Origin: Styela clava | Taxonomy: Eukaryota | Length of the DNA stretch: 64,000 bases | Direction of reading: 5' to 3' | NCBI RefSeq assembly: GCF_964204865.1 | Contig: NC_135253.1 | Span: 17,794,001-17,858,000, forward strand | Part shown: in pieces, positions 1-10,480 of the stretch | Layout of the letters: each line of letters opens with the position of its first letter | How positions within the stretch are numbered: position 1 is the first letter of the stretch | The notes under the pieces: model-generated | What the model was told of the DNA's origin: nothing | What the model saw: only the letters and a program-made list of their open reading frames with translations | The model's database searches: none | Program-made: the position numbers and the translations under genes

Positions 1-69
1 CCTTTTTGTACATTGACAAGTATTACTGTGGAATATTTATAGTAGGCTTCAAATATCCCAAGTACTGTT

Positions 70-3000
70 ATGAAACATCTTCATTGGATTCTGATATTCT
101 ATTTATGGAAACTTGCGTCAACTCGGGTTATCATTGATGGTGAGTTGTGACTGACTGATACGTTTGATATTGCTAAGAATGTAAAGTCTACAACTGCATT
201 ATAATATTGCATTTTGGTGTAAGGTTGTTTGGTATAGTATACTCTTACCCTAATTAAGTCATCCTATTTAGATTTCAGTTTTGAATCAACAGCGAGAAAC
301 AGACGAAGTGCGATTGAGTTTTACGCTCTTATTCAGTGTCATCAACCATCAACAATTGCTCTTAGGGCATATGGAGATTACGGCTGTTTTTGCGGAGTTG
401 GTGGTAATGGTAACTCACCATTGGATGCGACTGATGGGTAATATGCACTATCATACGGTCAAGATATTTTTTATATTTTCTCGAATATCCTAATATACCG
501 ATTTCTCACCAATACAATGTACTTTGATATTTAAGGTGTTGCAAAACCCACGACGATTGCTATCGACCTCTGAAGAATTCGATATCAAAATCATACTCTG
601 AATCCTTCATGATGGCCATGTGTGGAGAGCTGTGTGTTCCATATTCGAAAACGTGCAAAAACGGAACTATTGTTTGTGGCAAGTGATTCTGCTTATTTAT
701 CTTTCCTCAGTTCGGAAATGGGATTTTCATATTTATTGCTATAAAGATGGAGGTCGATACCGCGATGTGGCTCAACCTTGCGTCAAACCGCGGCCTTCTC
801 GTCCAGTTACCTATCCATGAAATAGAAGGTGTTCTAGACTAGGCATGGACTTGATTGATGGCGAGGAAAAATCATAACCGACCAGCAGATACGTAAATCA
901 TCCTACGAAGGCGAGGAGTAAACCCCATAGTAAATACGACATGCTTATCTGTCAATTTGCTAACTTGCGTATGACAATCAACGGACAGTGACGAGCGTTT
1001 TTCTGCGAATGGCTCTTACCGGCGACTCTATTTTATGCTATTACTTACGTTGAGCCTAAATTGACTACAAAACTCAACAAAAAAAGTTTTTCCGGCAATG
1101 CACATTTTTCACGACTACCCATCTAAAACAAAATCTGGTATTTTTTCGGATATGCTATATTCCGTGCTCTAATTCAGTGTTCTTCAACCTTTTTTTATTG
1201 AAGTATACCTTTTACGGTTTTTCAAGAACTTTGTATACCTTACAAATACCAATGTTTATTTAAGACTCAAATAAACAATAAATTTTAAGCACATATTGTA
1301 CTGCAATATCATCATGCAATCTAATAGGCTAGTGACCGCAAGTTATAAATTTGACTGACTGCCTTAGCGTCGACGGGAATAATGTTGGACGTAAATCAAA
1401 CAAAGTGCATGGCATCCGAAATCACCAACCCAGACACATGCTCGTATTATCTATATAATTTGTGATGTAACAACGTGCTCACGTCGGTTCTTAGCGTTAA
1501 TAACATTTTATATTTCATGTGCGCCGCGTTTGCATTGTTGTATCTAATTGGATATTTTATAAGCTGTACACCTTTCGTATACCCTTTATCAGTTGTATAC
1601 CCAACTTATGGTCTGGTATACACTTGAGTATACTGTATACCCGGATGAAGAGCACTGCTCTAATTAATTCCCTATTATATGCTACCGATTTCATTGTCAT
1701 TATTCTGATTTTTGACATCTTAGGCACCACACCATACCAGCGCACGTAAAATTCGAAACGACACGTTACCAGTTGATTCGTCTACCTACAGTCTGTTGTT
1801 TGAACAATCAACATACATATATACATAATGATTCTCCTATATATATATATACAACGATTCACAGCCCAAAATTGGACACGGAGTGGACCTATGGATCGTT
1901 TCGTTATTTCGCTTCGCTTTTCTCTTCAACTATTATACCAAATGCTTTAATATTTTCAGTGATTAAATGGCTATTACATTTGTTCGTTTATTTTATATTT
2001 TCAGATTCGGATAATTCTCCACTTTCGATGGCTGTATGTGAATGCGATAAGGCAGCTTCAATATGTTTTGCAGGAGCAAGATCAACCTACGATAAACGAT
2101 TGGGAAATGTCGATCCCAATATTTGGTGTAAGAATTAGAATAATAGATTATCGATTACAATTTACTATTCATTTGTTAGAACACTTGTTGTGCAGTAGTA
2201 TGCAGATTGTCCGCCATTTTCACGGATAAATACACAATGAGACTGTCTGACGTAACAAAGTACAGTTTGATCTAACAAAACCTAATACTTTTGCTTGCCT
2301 TAGAATCTTAGATAATAGTGTCTTTTCTAATTATCGAATAAATTAGCAATATTAAGTTAACTTTAACAAATTAAAATTTTCTTTAGGTACTGAAGAATCA
2401 AATGTAACCGACCTACTCAGCCAGCTTGAAAATAAAGGTTTGTTGTTTTTGGGTTATACCCAAAGCAAAGATAAATTCACATATAACGTTAAGCAAGTCT
2501 GCAGTTACTTCAATTATAGTACTCTAGGATAGGATTTACATATTTAGGAAAGCCGATAAGACGGCTTATCCATATGGCGAACCACGGCCTCTCGTCCGGT
2601 TACCATTCCAAGTCGGGTATGGGATTAGTTTTTACTGTATTGTTTGTTTTCGGAAGCATGGACTTGGTGGTGGAGGAAGCCGTAACCGACCAGCGGTTAC
2701 GTGAATCACCCAACGACGGCGAGGAGTCCAGCAATCCTCTCGCACATAACCATCCCTGCATGGGATTCGAACCTGCGAACCCACGCAGAGTAGTTAAAGG
2801 TGCGGTGGCGAGCGTATTCCTAACGCCTAGCCCGTTGAGCCACACCGCCGCGCCGAACTATTCACGACTTTTCTATTTGAAAGAATTAAGATTCCGTTGC
2901 ATTGGAAATTAATCTGAGACGTTTACTGATTTTAATGAACGTGTAGTTCAGGTAATTTTGACATTCAAAGACATTTAGTCAGCACTGGAATATTGATTTT

Positions 3001-3839
3001 ATACGACAGATCACCCAAAGTCAACCGTGGCCTCTGAGCCTTCAAATCAAATACTACATGAACATTCAACCACAGGTAGGATGCATATTTCACATATATC
3101 CTTTATTGCGATTCACAAAAGTCAGATGTGTCAAAATGCCCGCTATGTCGACATGTGGGCTGTTTTCTTACCGCAACGTCAGCAATATCAATTTAAACTC
3201 AGCGCGACTTAGGCCACGTGGTTCTTGACTGATTTACTGTGTAATAATTTTTGGTAGTCGAATTTAGTTCATCGAATATTCCACAATTCAAATCGAATTA
3301 CAAGCCAAACTCAAGTCGTAAACTATAGTCCGTTCTAAATGGTAGATATCTCGGTTATAATCTGTTTTTCCTATGGCTATTCTATCAATTTTTTCACCAA
3401 ACAGGCGTTTCAAAATGTACAAAGAAAGATAAACGAAATGTCATTCAAATTAGAAGTTTATTTAAAAGGAGTATAGTACTAAATATATTGTTTGGGTCAT
3501 TTTCAAATTCAAATTACAGCCGACTTGGAGGTAACCCCCTACACGAACTGGTCACTTACCAAAGCAAAAATATTTGAAGAAAATTTCGGAGATGAAGGCA
3601 TGTACGATAACACATACAACGATGACGTAATACAGCATCTTCCAGTATACCCACGTTTACCAAATGCAACTGAAGATACAGTTTTACTCGCTCGACTCAG
3701 AGTATTTGAAGGGGAAATTACTGAAAAGTCACCAGGAGGAAGTGGAAGTCGTGTGAAACAAAACCTCATTTTATTAGTTCTGCCTATGTTTCAATGGATA
3801 AGTCTATTTTATGAATCTATTTATTCGAATATATCATGA
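70..3839 (+). CDS. Secretory phospholipase A2 (group I/II-like) with C-terminal extension; 7 exons: 70-139, 272-437, 536-678, 2005-2127, 2387-2437, 3010-3075, 3520-3839 (~312 aa)
   Basis: Spliced translation gives a signal-like N-terminus MKHLHWILIFYLWKLAS, propeptide RNRR|SAIEFYALIQC, Ca-loop YGCFCGVGG, catalytic CCKTHDDCY, CECDKAASICF and 14 Cys in the mature domain. All exon phases are compatible. Exons 5-7 are less certain than 1-4. Confidence 0.88.
780..925 (-). mobile_element. Degenerate fragment of the tRNA-derived SINE family
   Basis: Segments gcatggacttg, taaccgaccagc and ggcgaggagt align in order with the SINE at 2525-2854. Confidence 0.7.
1175..1657. mobile_element. Non-autonomous hAT-type MITE (483 bp) in PLA2 intron 3
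   Basis: TIRs CAGTGTTCTTCAACC / CAGTGCTCTTCATCC; perfect 8-bp TSD CTCTAATT at 1167-1174 and 1658-1665. Confidence 0.9.
2525..2854 (-). mobile_element. tRNA-derived SINE, young copy
   Basis: Minus strand starts GGCGCGGCGGTGTGGCTCAACGGG (A box), has B box GTTCGAATCC and an (ATCCT)n tail; nearly identical to 62276-62622. Confidence 0.92.
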
Positions 3840-4910
3840 TACAGACTATATTCTGTTTTGTCATTTCCCATCGATTTTGAGTATGTAATAATTGAGTAAA
3901 GTAATTACATTACATCAATACAAATCTTCCTGCGCTGGGATCAGAATAAGATATGCGCAAGAGAACCTTGTACCACCTTACACCCTGGGTTGCGCGGACA
4001 TATCAATTTCATGTACACATATCGATTGGCTTACTATACCATATCGTTCATTATGATCACCCAAAAACAGGGGGGTGGAAAATTTATAGTCGATATCGCT
4101 GACTTGTTCCAATAGAGACGCCGGTTCGAGCAATTATAAGCACTAAAAACGGAAGTATTGTAAACAGCACTACCGGCTTGTAGTGGGGAATTGATTGCAA
4201 CCGAAAGCGACGAGCTCAAATAACACATTACCAACGACATTTCGACAACGCACGCGACATTTTGACGAGTATACCATTTTTCCTACGGTTCTGAGCGATT
4301 TTATAAAGATAAATAAAAGAAAACTCAATACTGGCAAAATAAAATATATTGTAGCAAGTTTAATAATAATAATAGTGGTCAATAGGTGTTTGAGTGTAAT
4401 ATAAATCAACAGTATGCGTATTGCGTATATTCATATAGACCCAACGATTTGAATGGAAACTTGCGAAACCTCCGTACTGTACTGGTGGAACACTTGGTTG
4501 CCGAAGAACTCCGGTTAAAAATCGCTGGACTAGTAAACATGATCTGAATCGCACACCTTGGTATGCCTTCAATCTCATAGAGACAATCTCATAAAATTCA
4601 GTTCCCATTCCCAACCCTGACTGAAATCACCAGGACCACACATACACAACCGCTGACATCGCATACCAAAGTAGCACCCAGAATGCATTGCCTATGGATT
4701 ACACATAACAACTTGTTAAAACATTGAGTAGGATACATATTGCAAGTATAACCGTTAACTCAATTTCCCTTTGCTAAATGGGGGAAATCCTTTACACATC
4801 CGGTTTAATATTTTTTTTTACAAAATGCAGTGTGTACACGACAAAGACGTTTTACGCTAGTAAAGCAGGATATATATATAGCTATTTTGAAGTTTGCAGT
4901 TAGCAGAGAA

Positions 4911-7482
4911 ATGGAATACCATGCTCATCCTATAAGATGGTTGTTTGTTGGAGTAATGTGGATTGGAATATTTACCCACGAGTTTACAAGTACTTCATAT
5001 ACTATCGTTAACAATGTCGTCACTTCGTACTTCAACAAACCGCCAGGATCAACGGATGTGTTGGGAGTCATAGGAATGTTTTCGGGAGCAGCATTTCTGT
5101 TGGTTGCTGTCATTTTTCTTAGATTTATAAAGTTTCGTGCACAAATTCTTTCCGCCAGTACTTTGTCAATTGTGGGCATTGCAACAGCATGCCTTGGATT
5201 TGTAAACAGGTAAACTTGCTGTCTATCATCGTCCACAAGCTTTATTGCAGTATACAGCGAATTAAAAGTAGTATTGTATCATATATGATATGTTTTACGA
5301 CTAAATACTTATCTGTATATGTATATCAACGTATCGAAAATTCCTCACTAGCTAATAACTAATGTTACATGTAAAAAATAATTTTGGAAAACTTTGTATA
5401 TCGTATATATAGCCTGTGGTCCGACCTAGTTTGAGTGCGTACTGAACTATCTATTCTTTTTCTACAGAAGCATTTCTTATCTGTACGCGTTTATAATTTG
5501 ACATAATTTTGATGATATCGGATGAAATTAAGGTGCATAAAGAAATACAATTGGCTATAACGGAGATTAATCCTCGTTATAGTGGTCCGTGTGTTCAAAA
5601 AAGCTCTTATTGATCAAATGCACATATATAATATAACTTCCCCATACCGCGAACCTTAATTTAATATAAACAAAGCTAAATTTTCTTACCAATACAACAC
5701 GAAGTATGTCATGAAAAGTAAATACGTCGTGAAATTTTTAAAGTTTTAAAATTTCGTACCAAGCGTGATATATGATATTTTGCATTTTCAGAAAAACTTA
5801 CTGGATGGTTCTTGTGGGTCAAGTGTTAATTGGAATATCCGGAGGACTATTTCATGCAATTCCTTTGACCATGGCGGCATCTTGGTTTCTCACAAGTGAA
5901 AGTGCGACAGTTATTGGAATAGCCTGGAATGCTGATAGTTTAGGAGTCGCGATTTCGTCCGTTCTATTCCCTGTAGCGTTTCAAAACACCACTCAGAGCA
6001 ACATTCAGTTTATTTCATCAAGCGAAGTTCGTCAAATATTCATGGAAAGTTTTTTGCCGCTCTGTTTTCTTCTATGTATTTCTACCGTGATAGTGTGTTT
6101 ATTCTCGAGAAATAATCCTTCATCTCCACCAAGTTTATCGCAGGAAAACTATTTACAACTCGAAGAAAATACTAGAACACAAGAGCAAAATTTGATGGGG
6201 AATTTTACGACTGCTTTGGAACCTTTTAAAAATTTGAATGTTGTATTGATTCTAATAGTTCGAAGTCTTGGATGTTCTATTTTCGCTTTATCTGTACCTT
6301 TGATTTCATCAATGATGTTGGGAACATTTCACAACATGTCTGATTCGTATCCAGGAGCTATACGAATAGTGGGAGCATTACTTTCTTCGATTGGATCCAT
6401 CGTTGTCGGTTGGTTGTTGGATTATTCCAAATTCAAGAAAGAAATAACAGTAGTTTGTAAGTTGTTACATAGAATTATTTTTATATTATTTTCAAATGAA
6501 AACACTGTTTGTGGCAACATATCCGCCATGGTTGTTAACAAATTTTGGTACTCCTGAAGTATGCGCACCAAGATGTCGCATGACCTGAACCCTAACCTGG
6601 TACACAACCTGAGTTCAGGTTGTGTGCCATCTTGGTGCGCATACTCCAGGAGGTCTCAAATTTTTATGCACACACAAGAATAAATATCTTTCGATAATAT
6701 TTAATCCCGACAAACAGCGAAACCGCGGTATCTGGTCTACTTTTTTCGGACAAGTTTGTCATATATATTTATTTACAGGCGTGATTTTGCTCTAATTCCG
6801 GCATTAAATAAGCCCGTGGGTGCAAATGCACGAGGTTGAAAATGTACGTGGGTGCAAATGAACATTAGAGTAAACAAATGCCTGCGGTGCAAATGCCGCG
6901 AGTGCAAATGTCGGTTTGTGAAAATGCCCATGGGTCCAATGAAAACTCACAAGTTAAAATATCTTGGGTGCAGTTTATGACTGAAAATGTACAGGTGCCA
7001 ATCTACGTGGATACAAATGTGCTGTCACTCTAATTTTTAACGCGTCGTAAAGCGCAATAATGAACATTGCCTTTCTCACTTAACTAATCTTTAATGCTCT
7101 CTACTTCGTTGCAGGTGTCACTGGGATGCTCATCTGTGCCGTGGGAGTGTTCATTGGACATCTTTTCGGCCTTGTTTACTTAGTAACTATTTCATATCCA
7201 TCGGCAAATATGTTTAATACGTTAGTTGGAGTATGCTGTACTGAACTTATTCTGGAAATAGGATATCCGAGCAATCCATTTATTATGATATCTTGGTTTC
7301 ACATAACTACCGGAGTATTGGTTTTTAGGTATTCTGTTATAATAAGATCACTTATGAAGATAGTGAACGATGCGTCTGCAGCTGCCTTACCAGCAGTTGC
7401 AAGCTGTTTGGCGCTTGTTTTAGTTACAGCGTTGAGGTCGGATTATAGAAGAAGCAAAACTGAAGAACAAGGAGTAATATGA
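4911..7482 (+). CDS. MFS transporter, FLVCR/SLC49-like; exons 4911-5209, 5792-6456, 7115-7482 (~443 aa)
   Basis: Phase-compatible GT-AG introns; many hydrophobic helices; motifs recalling the FLVCR family (HPIRW, GQVLIG, AASWF..E.AT, PSSPPSLSQ, GWLLDYSK.KK, ELILEIGYP). Confidence 0.85.
6547..6657. mobile_element. Palindromic MITE-like element in MFS intron 2; copies in each unit near 11083, 16550, 21094 and 25639
   Basis: Inverted arms CTCCTGAAGTATGCGCACCAAGATG / CATCTTGGTGCGCATACTCCAGGAG around a core containing AACCCTAACC. Confidence 0.75.
6817..7020. repeat. Degenerate short-period repeat of GGGTGCAAATG-like motifs in MFS intron 2 (present in every unit)
   Basis: Repeated gtgggtgcaaatg / ggtgcaaatg / gagtgcaaatg / ggtgaaaatg motifs at roughly 15-20 bp spacing. 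Confidence 0.65.
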
Positions 7483-7924
7483 GAAACTAAGACATAAAAT
7501 TATCTGAATTCATCTAAAAGTGACTGGTTGATTTCGTCTGATTTTGAATGCTGCAAAGGACTTTTGAGAACAGTTTTCCAGCAATATAGTATTAAAGCAA
7601 ATGCGTATTGTATTTCAGTTACTATAACAATAGAACAATTAAATGAACATTATTAAATTGTGACTCCGACTTCTCAAGCTCGGGACATAACAAGATTTTT
7701 GAAAACTTTCGTGCACTCGCGACATTTTTCTAGTTTTGATCAAAATGTTAAGTTGACTGAACGGCGTTTAGTTTCTGTTGGTAATTGTAAAATCCCCACT
7801 TTCAGAAGCCTCAAATGTCGAATATGAATGCATGAAATTTGACGGTCATTTCATTATCATTAGAAAACATGAAAAATTGCCTGACTTAAGTAATGACAAA
7901 ACACATTTGCGGTTTGTGTACGTT

Positions 7925-7937
7925 TTTATTAAATAAA
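7925..7937. terminator. Back-to-back polyadenylation signals for the convergent MFS (+) and tetraspanin (-) genes
   Basis: TTTATT at 7925-7930 (AATAAA on the minus strand) and AATAAA at 7932-7937, between the stops at 7482 and 8038. Confidence 0.5.
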
Positions 7938-8037
7938 AGAAAAATAGAAGTATGATTCAAAATTTCCACTCCCGGAACAAGTCTAGGAGTTGTGCCCTGA
8001 TCTATAGGTGCACAGGACAGCGAGGCGTGGTATTACA

Positions 8038-9994
8038 TTACCATTCCTCAAGACTCTCCAAGCTAACAATGGAGAGTTTGTCACCATTGATACTTCGTTT
8101 AACTTTTGGAGCGTCTGATTGGACTGGCGTTACCCATGTGTCTGTAGTAGGAACAGGTTCAGGGAAATCCAGTTCGGGAGCTCTAAAGGTGACGACGATA
8201 TCCTTATGAAACTTCAGGAACTGGGGTGGCATCTTAGCAGGTGTAGGAGGTCGTGGCCTAGCCTCATCACGTAAGTTTATGCCGCCGTTTTCAAAGTAAT
8301 CTTTGTGAGACAAGCTTCTCGAAGATCGGCTGATTTTGGCCCTTCCTCTCCAAGTTTTAGGGCTGTTTTTAATTTCGTTTATGGTACTCATTACTGGTGG
8401 TGGATTGTCTATTGGAGTGACAATTCTGCTTTCAAGTTGCACTCGTGACGTTGAAGGCAATTCAGGCATTTTACTAATTACATGATTGTTCTCCAAACTG
8501 GAAACATTGCTAAGGTTCATAGTCTCACTGCTGTTGTTTTTGACTCCATTTTCGAAAAACACCAAACTGATATTCGAATCCGTTGAACTTTCGTTTACTT
8601 TGAGGCAAATTGGTTGAACTCGATTTCTTCTATATGATTCACAGCATCCACGGAAAAGAGACGGAAGTCGGGCATTTCTACGCCAAATCACCCAAGATAT
8701 ATGAAGTAGAAGTAGCACGAATGCAAAGGTTAATAGCAATAAACCATGAATAATTAGCCATGACTGAATGGCCTCATTGCATCCTCTGTCAAAAGTTTCA
8801 TTGAAATATTCTCCAAACGGGATTGGGGTATTTGCGACAGGACTTGTCGTAGTACCCAACATAGCAAATGTTGAAACGTCAGTAAAAAAGTTCTCAGAAG
8901 GTAAAGAACAATCTGATATATTGATGCAACAGGATTGCGGTGTCCAATCCCGGACGATACCCCTATCGTTGTCGATCTGGATCCAATCCTTGCGGGATTC
9001 ACGTCCGCAGCATTGAAATGTACTCTGAAAATGACGGCAAATTAGCAAAGCATTGAAAACATATTTTGTATAAAATTGTGTATTCATCGATCCATGATAT
9101 TTATCGGAAATTTGTTATTATATATATAAGTATTTTCAATATTAAAAATCACATTCATCGACGGAAATACAGATTATGCATGCGGATATATAACCAGATA
9201 ATCGTGGGCGAGTGTTCAGAGACGCAATGTTCATGATGGCACTTTACCAACATTCTTTATATATATAACTTTCGCATTATATAAGATCTAACCTGATAAA
9301 CGTCCATAATATTTCGATCCGTTGCCTCAGTAACCCAGGGTATTGCCGACTCAATCAGAGACGACATGTGGCTTCTTATTGGCGAATCCACGAGGAATAA
9401 CAGTCCGCCTAAAGTAAGGCATAACACTATAACTATTCTCAAAACATAGATGAAACAAACTGATGCGTTCGGTTCTTTATCTGGAAAATCATCGATGATG
9501 CTCCTTTGACGATGAACACAAATCGCCCCATACAGTCCGATGACCTGGTTTGTAAAACACGACCTTAGGTTATCAGTAATAAATACTCCAATAAACCACA
9601 ATATGAGTTACTGATATTTACCAAAATTATCTCCAAGATATTTGCGAAAGCAATAAGGAAATTCCACGAAACGTCACCGAAACTTGTACCCACGCTGGGA
9701 AGGTACACAAAGATATCAGCACGCTTGATAACTCCGGAGAATTCTCCGCGATCAAACACGCCAGACTCAGCAAGATGAGCGAGAATTGCCCAAACCAGCA
9801 AGATGAATCCAAACAGAATACAGACAAATAGGTTGAACACATACCAGAAGAAAGAAATCTGCGATAAAAAACACATGTAATTTATGAATTCCAACTTGGG
9901 TTCTTCTTCATTTTATCAGGTATAAACTAACCTTCTCTGATCTTGTTCTCGTTATTACAAAACGTCTAGAAGGCATATTGATCAAATGATCCAT
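8038..9994 (-). CDS. Tetraspanin with long C-terminal tail, copy 1 (intact); exons 9994-9932, 9858-9622, 9544-9293, 9024-8038 (~512 aa)
   Basis: Three phase-0 GT-AG introns; TM1 FWYVFNLF..LFG, TM2 VIGLYGAIC, large loop YQSTFQCCG...PQSCC...C...RGC, then TM4. Confidence 0.9.
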
Positions 9995-10480
9995 ATCATA
10001 ACCGATGATCTAGGAAGATTCCGGTCAAATAATGGTTTATTTTCATTTTCACTCTTTTTCATGAAACAGTCAATATTGTGACGTCACAAAACACTTATGT
10101 TTTTATTTGCAACGCCAACTTGAAACAAAAAATATCAGCCTACCAGAACACTATGATTTTGAAGTTCAAATAAATATGTTGAACATTCTTCGTACAGAGT
10201 ATGGTATTTCGCCGGAGTATGAGAAGTGCGAGGAGGCTCTGATATTGATAATAATTAAAATGCACCCGATGAACTTATTAGACTCGACCATACTAACATA
10301 TATACGCAAGGCGCTTAGAAATGCGACGGAAAGCGTATTCGTAACGACTATCGCGATGTGTATTTCCAACAAAAACTACAAGGTCATGGAAGTGCTAAGT
10401 GCGTCCGTTGTATGAACAAAACTGTGACACTTCCAAAAATCACATTTTAAATGGCATCGCTCTCACGTATATTCGTTCCT

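Noticed and set aside
2574-2912. 112-aa ORF (and the 103-aa twin at 62245-62556)
   Set aside because: Antisense reading of the tRNA-derived SINE; the similarity reflects the repeat, not a protein family.
6588-6598. Telomere-like AACCCTAACC (also near 28943)
   Set aside because: Only 1-2 units, internal to small transposons; not an interstitial telomere array.
6817-7020. CRISPR-like periodic repeat
   Set aside because: Eukaryotic intron, degenerate ~10-bp motifs, no unique regular spacers and no cas genes.
9025-9087. MNTQFY... start of the 349-aa ORFs
   Set aside because: Intronic read-through; the exon begins at the acceptor TTTCAG|AGT (9024), giving the tetraspanin YQ-STFQCCG motif.
10107-10415. 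102-aa ORF repeated in four units
   Set aside because: TTG start, conserved only because the units are near-identical, and frameshifted in the diverged unit-5 version (29740-29958).
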